From the NCBI GenBank assembly GCA_965240325.2, contig OZ251223.1, positions 3,038,001 to 3,102,000 of the forward strand: a stretch of 64,000 nt of DNA, written 5' to 3'. The DNA comes from Rebecca billardiae RCC1528 (Eukaryota > Protista > Haptophyta). Numbering within the stretch: the first letter of the stretch is position 1; each line of letters begins with the position of its first letter. Below the pieces are notes generated by a model that was not told where the DNA came from, ran no database searches, and saw nothing but the letters and a program-made list of their open reading frames with translations. Of this stretch, positions 33,969 through 46,364 are shown piece by piece. The translations under genes were made by a program, and so were the position numbers.

Positions 33969-36900
33969 ATGATGCCGGATCCGTCGCCACAGCAGAAGGC
34001 GGCGCGCCTGCTGGAGCGCCTGGCTCCCGACGCGGGGAGCGCCGATGGACGCGAGGCGCTCGAATCGCTCAAGGAGCTCGCAGGCTCGGAGTGCATCCGC
34101 GTCTCTGGCGGCGAGCACGGGGCGATCGCAACGGTACTGGCGCTCTTGGGGCAGGGCGATACGCAGCTATCGCGCGACGCGCTCGACGTCCTGGTCAACC
34201 TGCTCGACCCGAAGGTGCCGTCTTCCGACCGCGACGCCGCTCGTGAAAAGTCTGCGCATAACGTGGACGCCTTCCTCGAGATCGCGGCGCCGGTGTCCCA
34301 GGTTCTGGGCGTGCTGGAAGAGGAGGACATGTACGTGCGCTACAATGCCACGCAGCTGATGCTCTGCGTGCTCGGCGCCGACCGCGGCCGCGTGCAGGGC
34401 TACCTGCTCGCCGATCCGATGGGCGTCGCAGCAGCAACGGAGCTGCTCTCGGATCGACGCGAGGTGGTGCGGAACGACGCGCTGCTGCTCCTCGCGGAGC
34501 TGACGCGCGAGAGCTCCGAGATCCAGCGCATCGTCGCGTTCCAGGGTGCCTTCGAGCGCCTGCTCGACATCATCGCCGAGGAGTCTGACGCCGGCGGCTC
34601 TGTGATCGTCGACGACGCGCTGTCGCTGCTCAGCACGCTGCTGCGCGCCAACTCGTCCAACCAGCGCCTCTTCGTCGAGACGGGGTGCGTCGAGCGTCTC
34701 GAGCCGCTCCTTGCGCTCGCAGCTGGTGGCCGACTCGCCTCGGCTCAAACTGTCAGCTCGCAGGTGCGCGCCGTGCCGCGCTGCCTCACGTGGCCGCCTC
34801 GTCGCGCGTGCGCTCGCCGTTTGTGCGTGTGTCTCGCCCTTTGTGCGTGTGTGTGCTCTCTCACCGTGTGGCCACTCCCCGCACGCGCGTGCGCGTGCTC
34901 TCCGCGCCGCGCAGGTGTGCGCATGTGACGTCGTGCGCGCGCTTGTCGACGAGCCGCCGAGCTCGGTGGCCATGCGCGCGAAGGGCGGCAGCTCGGCCGC
35001 CGACAGCCTCGACGCTGCAATGGCGCAGGCAGACATGGCGACCGTGCAAGACTGCCGCACGCGCGTGGGCGCGTGCGGCATGCTCGCACGCCTCGTGCAC
35101 CTCGCGACGTCGCCGTCGACATCGACGGAGCCGGTGCTGCGCCAGTCAGCCATGCTCGCCCTCGCCTCCGCGATCGCCGAGCACGAGGCCAACCAGCGGC
35201 TCCTGCTGGAGATGCGTGTGCTCGTCTCCGCCGATCGGACCGAGTCGGCGCCGCTTCGCTTCCTCGCACTCGCACTGCGGGGAGCGACGCGCGCGGCCGT
35301 CGAGCCGCCGCTGGCGGTGCTCCGGGGCCTCCTGGGCAGAAGCCCGCATGCGCAGCTCACGCTCGCCGCGACGCTCGCCCCCATGCCCACGGGTGTCTCG
35401 GCCGACGGCGGCGGCGCGCCGCAGCTCGAGCCGAGCTTTGCGCGCACGCTCGCGCGTGCGCTGCTCAGCACCGGCGGTGGCGACGGAGGCGGCCCGACGC
35501 CGCCGAGCGCGTCGCAGGCGCAGCTGGCCGCCGAGGTGCTGTGCGCGCTGGTACGCGACAACGACGACGCCAAGCAGCTCCTCATGCGCACGCCCGTCGA
35601 CGCCAGCCTCGAGGACGCAGGTGCAGCCGCCAACGGCCGCACGACGTCGTCAGCCGACGGCCTGCTGGCGCGCATGTGCGGCGCGCTGCTGAGTCTCGGG
35701 ACAGCCGTGGACGCGGCGGACTCGGAGCACGCCGACACGCAGCGCCTGACGGCGCAGCGCCACGCCCTGCTGCGCGCATGCTCCGAGCTCGTACGCGACT
35801 GCCCGGCGGCGGCGAGCGCGCTCTGCGCCGACGCTGCTGTTGTGAGCATGCTCGTCAGCGCGTGCTCGCAGCCAGCGGCGGCAGGCGCCGAGGCAGAGGC
35901 GCACGCGCACACGCAGGGGCAGGCGGTACGCGCTCGCGCGTGCGCGCGTGCGCTCCACCCCCGGCGCGCCCGTCGAGCGGGCGCACGCCTCTGGCGCCGC
36001 CTCCTCGCCGAGCGCTGACGCATCTGTGCCCGCGCCTCGCGCGTTCGCGCGCACAGGCGCTGGTGCTTGGCCATTGCCTTCTCGCCGTGTCCAGCACGGC
36101 GCAGGACGACGCGGCCGTCGTGGCGGCGCGCGCGGCTCTGGTCGAGGCCCTGGTCGCGCACACGGGTGCGCAGGATGCGCTCAGAGCCGCGCTCGACCGC
36201 GTCCGCGCCTCGCGTCAGTTTGTGGGCGCGCGCGATGCCGCGTACGCACTCGCCCGCGGCCTGCTGCGGCCCGGGGAGGCGGCCGAAGGCGACGGCGCGG
36301 TGGTGCCCCCGCTCGGCCCGCTCCCGTTGTACGCGCCCTCGAGCGTGCGCCAGTACGAGGAGACGTGCGCCGACGTGCAGCAGGCCATGCTCACGCTGTA
36401 CGCCGAGCCTCCCGCCCCGCTCGACGCACCGATCCCCTTCACGAGCGGCGCGGCCGAGCTGCCCGCGCAGCGCTCGCCCGCGGCGGCGAGCTCGCCCAAG
36501 GCCGGGGGTGCGCTCTCGCCCAAGGCCGCAGCCATGGCCGACGCTGTGTTCGAAGCGCACCAACCCGCCGCCTCTGCCCAGCCGGTGCTGGTCGAGCCGC
36601 CGCCCGTCTTCGTGCCGCCGCGCGCCTCCGAGGACGACGAGGACGAGGACGAGGACGAGGAGTGCTCTGACGAGGACGAGCGAGCCGGGCCAGCGGGCGC
36701 CGGGCTGGGCGGCCTCGCGTGCAGCACGCTCGCCGCGCACAGCGAGGCGTCCTCCGCGGCGACGCTCGACTCGTACAAGCAGCTCATCCGCGAGCAGGAC
36801 AACGAGCTGCGCGCCGCGCAGGTGGACGTGTCCGCGCTGCGCGTCACCGTGGACACGGCGAACGCGAGGTACCTCGAGGCGGCGGGCTCGGCCAAGCGCG

Positions 36901-38615
36901 CGTCGGTTGGCGTGGCCGCCCTCCGCGCCGCGCTCGCGGACGCGGACGCAGAGGCGAGCGCTATGGCCGAGCGGGCGAGCGCTCTCGCGGCCGCAGCCGC
37001 GTCGAGCGCGGACGCGCACACGCTCGATGCTGCCGCCGAGGAGGTGGCGGCCGCGGCCAGCGCAGCCGCAGCCGCTGACGCGGCCGCGAAGAGCCTGGGT
37101 GCCGAGGCAGCGCAGCTCCGCACCGAGCTCGAGAGCGCACGCGGCCGGATCGCCCGGCTGGAGGCGGACGCGGCAGCCGCCGCGCTCGCGGCACCTCCCG
37201 CGGCGGGCGCGGTGGCGAACGGCAGCGCGGGCTGCGGCGCGCACGAGGAGCTGCAGCCTGCGTCTGTGCTCTTTGCGGACACGCCGGCCACGCCCTCGCT
37301 GCCGCTCGGCGCGCACGCTGATCTCGGGGCGGCGGTCGAGCGCGCGGCGGCGGAGGCGCGCGCATCCGCGCAGGCCGAGCTCCGCGAGCAGCATGCCGCG
37401 GAGCTGGCCGAGGCGGAGCGCGCTGCCGTCGAGGCTCGTGCCGTGGCCGTCGAGCGCGCCGCGGCGGAGGCGCGCGCCGCGGCGCAGGCCGAGCTCCGCG
37501 AGCAGGGTGCTGCGGAGGTCGCCGCCGCCGAGCGTGCCGCCGCGGAGGCCCGCGACGCCGCCGTTGCGTCGGCGGCCCAGGCCGCAGCGGCAGAGGCCCG
37601 CGCGGCCGTGGAGGCGGAGCTCAATGAGCGGCATGCTGCGGAGCTCGCTGCGGCGGAGCGCGCCGCTGCCGAGGCTCGCGACGCAGCCATCGCGTCAGCA
37701 GTCGAGCGCGCGTCTGCGGAGGCGCGCGCGGCCGCAGAGGCGGAGCTGGGCGCTGCGCACTCCGCCCAGCTCGCAGCCGCCGAGCGCTCGCGGTTGGAAG
37801 CAAGCGACACGGCGCTCTCGGCCGCCGCCGAGCGCGCGGCCGCCGAAGCACGCGCGGCCGCCGAGGTGGAGCTCGGCGCCCAGCACGCAGCGGCGCTCAG
37901 CGAGGCTGAGCGTGCCGCCTCGCAAGCGCGCGACGAGGCGGTAGCTGCGGCCGCGCAGAGGGCGGAAGCGGAGACGCGAGCCGCCGTGCACGCCGAGCTA
38001 TCTGAGCGGCATGCCGCGGAGCTCGCCGCCGCCGAGCGCGCCGCAGCCGAGGCGGGAGACGCGGCGCGCACCGAGCAGCAGCAGCTCTCGGCGCAGCTCA
38101 CCCAGCTGCGCGCCGAGCGCGATGCTCTCGCGGCATCCAACGCGGGCGGCGCCTCTGCCGCGGACGAGCGCGTGCGCGCGCTCGAGGAGCAGATGCGGCT
38201 ACATGAAGAGCACGCAGCCACGCAGCACGCCGAGATCACGCGGCTCGCGGAGGCTGAGGAGCGCGCGCGCACCGAGCTCGAGCGCGCTGTGGCCGAGGCC
38301 GAGCGCGCGCGCGTGCAGTGCGACGTGGCAGAAACCGCGCTGCGGGGCAAGTCGGACGCCCTGCGTGAGCTCGAGGAGGAGCACGAGGAGCTGCTGTGCT
38401 GCCTCGCCGAGCAGGACATGCAGTGCACTGCGTTGCAGGAGCGCCTCACTGCCCACGGTGTGCCGCTTCCGTTCCCACTCACCCCTGGTGGGAGCGCAGG
38501 CACGCCTCTACTTCAGGCAAGCCACGATGTGTCGCAGTCCTCACCGATGCCGAGCGCGGGGTGCGTGTCCGTGTCAACGCCATCGTCGGCGGCTATGGTA
38601 CCAGGCTTGCGGTGA
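33969..38615 (+). CDS. USO1: General vesicle tethering factor p115/USO1 (ARM head + long coiled coil)
   Basis: Introns 34764-34914 and 35926-36056. Motifs DMYVRY..QL, DPMGV...ELLSDRREVVRNDALLLL.ELT....IQRIVAFQGAFERLLDII and C-terminal EHEELL.CLAEQD. The start could be 33957. Confidence 0.92.
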
Positions 38616-38810
38616 GCGTCGGAGGGTGCCAGGCACTAAAGAGCTAGCGCCCTACTTTAGAGTCGTCGTCGTCGTCGCGTCGCGATGTAGTCGTGACACT
38701 AATTCTCGCGTAGTAAGCTATGTTAAAATTTTTATAATAGAGTCTAGAGATCGAGAGACTATAGAGCACTAATCATTCTCGCGTGAGTCGTAAGCTATAT
38801 ATATATATGT

Positions 38811-38811
<1 letters not shown>

Positions 38812-38858
<47 letters not shown>
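38812..38858. repeat. (AG)n microsatellite preceded by (TA)n
   Basis: Direct observation. Confidence 0.95.
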
Positions 38859-38859
<1 letters not shown>

Positions 38860-39099
38860 GAGAATACTAGAGAGAGAGCAGGTCAGTTCGATCATCGGCA
38901 TACAGATTACAGTGACTGTAGTAGTCGTGAATAGTCGTAGTATTCTCGGAGATTTAAGATACATCAAAACAACCGATGACGACGAGTGTCTAGCAGCGAC
39001 ACTGACATCCAGCTCGCTTTGGATCACCGCCAACCTTGAGCTGTCGGCGGGCTCGGCGGCGGGCGCCGCATGTCGCACAGCAGTCCTGCTGATCATTGA

Positions 39100-40206
39100 T
39101 CATGACGATGAATGATGATGATGATCGTCATGATGAGGAGCATCCACCGCTCCGCCGAGCTCGCAGTGCTCGTGATTGAGCAGCACGAGTCCGACAGCCG
39201 TTGCGCCGATGATGAAGCTGGCAAGCCCAGCGATGCGCGGCCCGATCTGCTCCACGCCAAGCAGCCGGGGAACGCACTCTGACAGCGCGGTGTAGAGGTA
39301 CACACCCGCGCCAACGGCGAGGACAATGCCGATCGCCATGGGCGAGGGCTGAGCCCGGAGCGCGAGAATCGCGCCGACAAAGACGGTGAGCCCCGAGATG
39401 AAGTTGAATGCCAGTGCGCGCTTGGGAGCCAGCCTGACGATGCTGGTGAGCACGAGGTAGTCGGACAGCTCCTGTGGCAGCTCGTGCGCCACTGTACTGA
39501 GCAGTACGACCCAGCCAAACGAGGCATTGCAAGCGCTGAAAGCCGCGCCGATGAATATGCCGTCCGTCACGTTGTGGAACGCATCCCCGACGAGAATTGC
39601 GATTGCAACGCGTACGCGCGCGCGGATATTTGAGCTCTGCGCATGCTCATCATCCAGCCCAGACTCCTTGTCCACGATTGCTGCGTCAGAGGTCGGCGCA
39701 TGCGCGCCGTGTGCATGCAGCCGGTGTGGCATGGCGAGTGAGACCAAGGTGTCCACGACCATGACAGAAAACACGCCAGAAAGAAGACCTGCCGCCCACA
39801 CCCACGAGTGTTCGTCCTCCGCCTGCTGCGTGTCGATCAGGTGCATTGCCTCCGCCAGCAGCAGGAGCACAGCAGCGCAGAGGAGTGTGCCTGCGGCAAA
39901 ACCACTCGTTACGGCAGAGAGCAGCGTGGAATGCGCGTGCTTGACCTGCGTGGGAATGGCAAGCATAAGGACGCCTACAAACGTGACAACACTCACCACC
40001 GCACACGAGGCCATCGCACCCGACCAGGCCTCTCTGCTTGGCGCATGAGCATGCGCGCCGTGTCCGCTGCCATGCTCGTGGTCATGGTCGTGGCCCAGGG
40101 CAAGCTGTGTTGTGTCTTCGTGCGACTCGTTGTGCGCTGTGGTAAGCGCTGCAAGAGATAATAGCGCCAGGCTGAAGCAGGCCGCCGCGAGATGCTGCAC
40201 ACGCAT
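39100..40206 (-). CDS. ZIP (SLC39) family zinc/metal transporter
   Basis: Signal peptide and His-rich N-terminus; GDAFHNVTDG (TM4) and HELPQE (TM5); His-rich C-terminus. Confidence 0.92.
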   Translation of the reverse strand: MRVQHLAAACFSLALLSLAALTTAHNESHEDTTQLALGHDHDHEHGSGHGAHAHAPSREAWSGAMASCAVVSVVTFVGVLMLAIPTQVKHAHSTLLSAVTSGFAAGTLLCAAVLLLLAEAMHLIDTQQAEDEHSWVWAAGLLSGVFSVMVVDTLVSLAMPHRLHAHGAHAPTSDAAIVDKESGLDDEHAQSSNIRARVRVAIAILVGDAFHNVTDGIFIGAAFSACNASFGWVVLLSTVAHELPQELSDYLVLTSIVRLAPKRALAFNFISGLTVFVGAILALRAQPSPMAIGIVLAVGAGVYLYTALSECVPRLLGVEQIGPRIAGLASFIIGATAVGLVLLNHEHCELGGAVDAPHHDDHHHHSSS

Positions 40207-40624
40207 GGGTGCTCGTCGAGTGTTCGAGTGGACGGCCAGGGGGCGGAAGGGGAACGCCGCCGACTTTTGATGGCCGAGGCTGGCGAGGCACGGTCCTGGT
40301 GAGCAGCAGAATGATGAGTGCTTCGGCCGTTAGCTTATCGGCCGGACGTGAGATCCCGGACTACTCATCAGGTCTCCTGATTCGTCGTCGTCGGCAGTGC
40401 CCGATCGTCGACAAAGTCGGCGTTGGCAGTGGCAGAGCATACTGTAGCCTGAACCACGATCGAATGGCCTGAGCGCGGCCTTGAGCTGCTGGAGCGCGAT
40501 CCACCTGCGCTGCGCTGCTCTGCCTGCTCGCATGGACCTGCTAGTGCTGTGCCCCGAGCGAGGGCGAGGCGGTGCTGAGGTCCGGATGTCAGTCACTAAT
40601 GTCAGACGGCAGTCTAGTAGCGAG

Positions 40625-40672
40625 TACAGTTTAACTAAGAATAAGAGACGCACACAGCTCAGGCAGGCGAGA
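40625..40672 (+). repeat. Transposon-end-like sequence (copy 2)
   Basis: tacagtttaactaagaataagagacgcacacagctcaggcaggcgaga. Confidence 0.75.
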
Positions 40673-41070
40673 TTACAGTTAACCATGATTTAATGAGAGG
40701 CGCGTTGCCGCACCTCATCGAGGCGGCTGATTGTGACAGCAAGAACGGCCGCCCCGCGCTCGGAGGCACGCGCGCTCGAGAGCGCGCTCTGACACCACAC
40801 GGGGAGGGTGCTGCACCTGGAATAACCTGCTGGATTTTATACGCGGAGCTTCTTTCCGCTGCTCACTTTGTCGTCTTGCATGATACCGTTTATTTATTGT
40901 TTATTTATAACGTGCGTAAGGCTCACCGGGTGGCAGGTTGCCGCGCCCGTCCTTCATCGCACAGGCTCGGTACATACAACTGGCCGCGAGCTTTATCAAT
41001 CATATTCTGCGGTCGCAAAGCTGTCTTCGACTCCATCCAACCTTGGGCAAGCTCGCTTGTTAACTTAAAT

Positions 41071-41119
41071 ATACAGTTTACTAAGAATAAGAGACGCACA
41101 CAGCTCAGGCAGGCGAGAT
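41071..41119 (+). repeat. Transposon-end-like sequence (copy 3)
   Basis: tacagtttactaagaataagagacgcacacagctcaggcaggcgaga. Confidence 0.75.
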
Positions 41120-41171
41120 TGACGCCCGAGTTCCGATGTTAGTCGGTCACAGCAGAGAATGCGTCCCAGTA

Positions 41172-41451
41172 CTAATGAGCACCATTTGCGAACGACTGCG
41201 ATTGGTGGGCAGCTGCGGTGCGACGCGCAGCGCTCTTCTCATCGTCGTCGGAGTCCATCGTCCCTGTGCCTCGCAGACGCTGCCTCTCCGTGTCGGCATG
41301 GCCAGCCTGCCGCCCGCTCATGCCCATGGCGGCCATGGTTGTGATGGTTGAGACTGGCTGCGCCCCGCTCTCAGCCTCTCCATCCACCTGCTCAGCGTCG
41401 CTGCCCTTCTCATGACCGGACGCCGCGACCGCGTCGAGCCGCCACCGTTGG

Positions 41452-41484
<33 letters not shown>

Positions 41485-42488
41485 GCTCGTGCCCAGGTGA
41501 GCACCAGCAGGCCTGTGCACACGAGCGCCGCGCCCGCTGCCACCTTCAGGGTGAACTGCTCGCCGAGCACGAGCGCGCCGAGCACCGCGGCGAACACGAG
41601 CTGCAATGGGTTAAATGCGGCAACGAAGACGGCGGATGAGTTCGCATTGCACCAGGCGAGACACGCGTAGTTGAAGGCCGAGGTGATGAGCACCACATAA
41701 CCGAGGGCGAACCACGCCTGGCGCGGCAGCACCCACCAGCTCGCAGGCAGCCGCGCGGCTGGCAGCGCGAGGACGAGAGCCGCTGCGGTGAACGCGTTGC
41801 TCCAGGCGGCGAGAGTGATCGGCGCCATGGGCGACGTGTCAAGCACGCGGCGCTGCAGCAGCGGGAAGACCGAGCCGCCGACGCAGAAGGCGAGCGCGTA
41901 CGCGTTGCCCACGACGAGATCATGCACACTTCTCGCGCCAGGGTCGGCGTCATGCTGTGCTCGGACGAGGGCAAGGCCGCCAAGCACGGCTACGCACAGC
42001 CCGCTTGCCTTGTACCGTCCAGCCGCCGATCCAAGCGCGAGTAGCTCGATGCCCGCGGCGTGGCCGAGGAGCATCGTCGACGCGGGCATCAGCGCGGCCA
42101 GCACCGAGGCATTGAGGACCGAGATGTGCTTGAGGGAGGCCAGCATGAAGGTTTGGCCGCAGCCGTGCGACACGCCGATCGCGCAGAGCACGCTGATATC
42201 GCGCGCGTGGGGCCACGCCGACGCGCCGCACAGGTGGGCCGCAACGAAGAGGATGGACGCGCCCAGCACATCGCGCTCCAACGCAAATACGAGAGGATGG
42301 ACGCGCGAATCGCGCATTGCAGCGCCGCACAGCACGGTGCTCACCGCGAAGCCAAGCTGCACGAGCGTAAGTACGGCGACGACGGCGGCGGTGCGTCCCT
42401 GCGAGCGCGCTTCCTCAGCGCGATCATCTCCGGCCGAGTGCGCTAGAATCGGCGCCTCGTCCTCTTGTCCATGCAAGCTGGCGGACAT
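41172..42488 (-). CDS. EamA/DMT-family (WAT1-like) transporter
   Basis: About 10 TM helices in two EamA repeats (P.VFA..RD, NAS.L..LMP, FNPLQ.VFA..LG...LGE), with a poly-Q tail. Confidence 0.85.
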
Positions 42489-42772
42489 CGTGTTCAGCTT
42501 GCATGGCGGCAAAAGTCCGCGGTACAGTTTCGCACGCTCTCCGCGAAGAGAGTCCTGGAAACTGGTGACTGGTAATACGGTACAGTTTACTATGTTTTAA
42601 CGTGCACACTTGGTTAAGGCGTGATTGACGCCATCCAGTAGTCCGTGCGGCTGCGGCTGCGCCTGGATCGCTCGCGTCCACGACGCCGCCCGGCCGCTCT
42701 CCGTCATCGCCGTCCATCACATCACACGCAGTAGAAGTTCGAGTCGTACCCGGGGCCCGGATCGTCATCGAC

Positions 42773-43747
42773 ATGGCCTCGATCCTCACCAAGTCGAAGC
42801 AGTCGCTTCAGGATGGCAAGTGCCTCGTCGCCCACTGGCACTCCTCCGGCTGCCCCATGCTGGCCGAGCGCGTGACAGCCACGAATGATTACGACGTTCT
42901 CATCGTGGACTGCCAGCATGGGCCGATCGACGTCGCGTGTGCTGCTGCGATTATGGCTTCAACGCGTGGAGCGAGTCCATGGGTGCGCCTTCGCGACTTC
43001 ACCCCGGCGCACATCGGCCACCTCATCGACGCTGGCGCGCTCGGCATCATCGCGCCCCTCATCGAGACTGTCGACGATGCTCGCGAGCTCGTTCGGGCGT
43101 CCATGTATCCGCCGCAGGGCACGCGCTCATTCGGCCCGTTCCGTGCGGAGCTCCTCGCGCCCGACTACTTCGCGCGCGCCAACGATTCCATCATGCGTTG
43201 GGCCATGATCGAGACCGCCTCCGCCTTTGAGGCCAGGGCGGAGATCGCAGCTGTCCCAGGCATTGACGGCCTGTTCATTGGCCCGAGCGACCTCGCCCTC
43301 GCCCTCGGCGTCTCGCCGCCTTCGGGCACGCCGACGGACGCGCGCGTGGTTGCAGGTGCGTGGCGCGCGTGGGCTTGCCGACCACCGCCCCCGTTATAGG
43401 CATGGCGATGGCTGCTCATGCGGTCCAAGTCATGAGCCCATGGCTCGAACTCCCAAGTCCCTTCGTCAGCTGAGCTGTGCCGCGGCCGCGCCCTCCCCGA
43501 CCCCCCTCCCCGGCCTTCCGTGTGCGGCGTGGGCGCGACCGTCACAGCGATTGAGAGCGTGCGTGCGGCTGCGCATGCGGCCGGAAAGTACGCAGGTATC
43601 TTCTGCGGCGATGGAGCCTATGCGGGCAAGATGGCTGCCCAGGGCTTCAATCTGGTGATTGCCGGCACCGACCTGGGTATCATGTCGAGTGGCGCGGCGC
43701 ACGAGCTGGCGGCCGCACGCGCACCGATGGTGCCATCGGCGACCTGA
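42773..43747 (+). CDS. HpcH/HpaI class II pyruvate aldolase family protein
   Basis: Intron 43356-43547. Motifs DCQHG, WVR, IDAGALGII.PLI, YPPQGTRSFG, MIET and GIDGLFIGPSDL. Confidence 0.9.
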
Positions 43748-44100
43748 CGCGCGTCTTAGACGACTGACGATGCACGTTGAGCTTTGGCGACTGCAGGCCT
43801 CGGTCTCTCGGATGTTCCGTGCGGCTCCGTCGATCGGCGGCGCCTGTTCAGCGGCGGCCGTGCCGCAGTGACGTGCGCTTGCGGCTTGGAGCCAGCCGTG
43901 TGTCAGCAGTGTCATAGACTTCGGACCGTCGGACCCGAGGACTCCGAGGCCCTGCCCCCGCGTCCCCGGGGCTGGTGCATAGTGGTGAGATCGCCACCTC
44001 AGTGACGGGCACCTGCCGGTGGCAGTGAAATAAGTCTTACAGTATAGCAATTTATTTATCATCGGATGACGAGTCAGTCGGTAATCACGACAATATCAGC

Positions 44101-46090
44101 ATGGCGTCGCGCGGCTTCTCCGCGGCGCTCGCTGGGGCCGATGTCACGCAGGACGGGTGGTTCAGACTCGTCTCGGCGGCGCGGGACGCCAGTGAAGATG
44201 CGACCCAGACGTGTGGTCGCCCTCGCTCGGCGTCACATCCCGCACCCGGACCGCCTGTGTCAGGCCTTGCGCGCGCGAGTGCGACCCGCCCGTCGCCGAG
44301 CCGGCGGCACACGGACGGAAGCGCGCCAAGCACGGGCAAAACCCACCACGCAAGGCACGCATTGCACGCGCATTCAAGCACGGTCTTTCTCGCACTCGGC
44401 CCCGAGGGCGAGGGCCCCGACGAGGAGCGGCCCCAATGGGGCAGCCACGTTGAGTACGTGCTTTCATTAGTGGGCTATGCGGTGGGCATTGGCAACCTGT
44501 GGCGCTTCCCCATGCTCGCGATGCAGCACGGTGGGGGCGCGTTCCTCGTGCCGTACTTCCTCTTTGTTGTCACTTTGGGCTGCCCGCTGCTCGTGCTCGA
44601 GCTGTGCGTGGGCCAGGTGTTCCAGATGTCGGCCAGCCGCCTGTGGGGAGGGCTTCATAGACGGCTTGCTGGCCTGGGCTGGGCATCCGCGCTCACGTCC
44701 TTCACTGTCGCCGTGTATTTCAACATGCTCATCGCGTGGACGCTCTTCTACCTCGTGCTTTCGTTTCGCGCCCCGCTCCCGTGGACCAGCGCCAACCCAG
44801 CCCCGTGCATGGCGACGGCGGCGCGGACAGCAGACCCAGCCGCCGCTTTCTGGGAGGCCTGTGTCACGCAGCAGCTGCCGCTCGCCGACCCTGACTGGGC
44901 CGCGCCGAACTGGCCGCTGGTGGGCAGCCTGGCCGCCGCGTGGCTTGTCGCGTGGGGTGCGCTACACAACGGCATCGAGTCGTCAGGCAAGGTGGTGCTC
45001 TTCACCGCCACCTTCCCGTACGCGGCTCTGCTCATCCTTTTCCTCCGCGCGGCCACGCTCGAGGGCGCCGCGGCAGGCCTCGCTTACTATGTGACGCCCT
45101 CCTTTTCCAAGCTAGGCGACGTCGAGGTACACGCGCGTTCGGCCGCCCGCGCGCGGTGGGTGCGTCCCGGGCTCCCGCTCTGCCGCTGATCCGTGCACGC
45201 GCGGCGCGCGGCTGCGCCCGGGCGTGCAGGTGTGGGTCGCTGCGGCCAACCAAGTCTTCTTCTCTTTTGGCGTTGGCACCGGCACCATTGTCGGCTACGC
45301 GTCGTACACGCCCAAGGGCTCGCCGTTCCTGCGCGACGGGCTGGCCGTCGGGCTGATCAACGCGGGGACCTCGTTGTTCGCGGGGCTCGTCGTCTTCGCC
45401 ATCCTTGGACACCTCGCACACGAGCAGGGCGTGGCGGTGAGCGAGCTTGAGCTCGGAGGCCCAGGCCTCGCCTTCATCGCCTACCCGACCGCGATTGCGC
45501 TGCTGCCTGCGGCGCGCGTGTATGCGGTGGTCTTCTTTCTCATGCTTCTCTCGCTCGCGCTGGACACGCAGATGGGTCTGCTCGAGGTGGGCGTGTCCGC
45601 ACTTGCCGAGCATGGGCTCTTCCTCTTCCGGAAGCGAATGCTCGCCGTGGGCATGGCAGTGGTGTGCGCTCTCGGCTTCATGCTCGGCGCGTGCTTTGCC
45701 ACGCGCGGCGGCGTCGACCTGCTCAGGCTCTTCGACAGCTACGCGTGTCTCGTGTCCCTCCTGACGATCTGCTTCCTCGAGCTCGTTGCCGTCGTCGGCG
45801 TGTATGGCACGCACAGCTTCACCGCGCGCGTGCGCTGCGAGACGGGCGTGGCAATCCCCCACTGGCTCACAGCCCTGTGGACGTTTGTCTCGATGCCGCT
45901 GTGCCTGTTGCTCGTCGTGCTCGCACTGCGCGGGGCTCTCGTCCGCACGAGCGAGTCGTGGCCCGAATGGGCGAGTACACTGGGCTGGCTGCTTGCACTG
46001 GCGCCCATACTTGTGATCGCGGGAGGGGGTGTGCTGGCGTCGAGCCGTGCACATGCCACTGATGGCCAGGTGCGCTCGCGCAAGTGCTGA
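44101..46090 (+). CDS. Na+:neurotransmitter/amino-acid symporter (SLC6/NSS)
   Basis: Intron 45127-45229. Motifs RPQW, GYAVGIGNLWRFP, GGGAFLVPY, SGKVV.FTATFPY, W..AA.QVFFS and GPGLAFIAYP. Confidence 0.93.
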
Positions 46091-46364
46091 TGTGGCATCG
46101 CAGGCAACTACGCAGCAGCCAGCAACTCCGGACGGCGCGGTGTACTGTCACTGAACTCTGACGAAGTGAGTTACTATAATAACAACTAAGTACTGCGGCT
46201 GCTGCTCATAATCGTACGTACTTATAGACGGCTCTAGCAGACAATGCTACGACTCACTAGCTGGGGCAGTCTCTGCTGCCACGGACAAGCCGCGCGCGAG
46301 CCGCGAGCCAGGCGGGCCGCGTGTCGACACGCTCACGGTGAGCGAGCGCCATCGTGGCAGATGT

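Noticed and set aside
34167-38503. Very long antisense or alternate-frame ORFs (e.g. 34167-37634, 36215-38503, 50112-52379, 53278-55587)
   Set aside because: Ala/Arg/Ser-rich shadows expected from stop-codon scarcity in high-GC coding DNA; they contain no motifs.
29705-40672. Composite transposon bounded by the inverted CAGTTTACTAAG copies
   Set aside because: The termini face outward and enclose housekeeping genes such as USO1.
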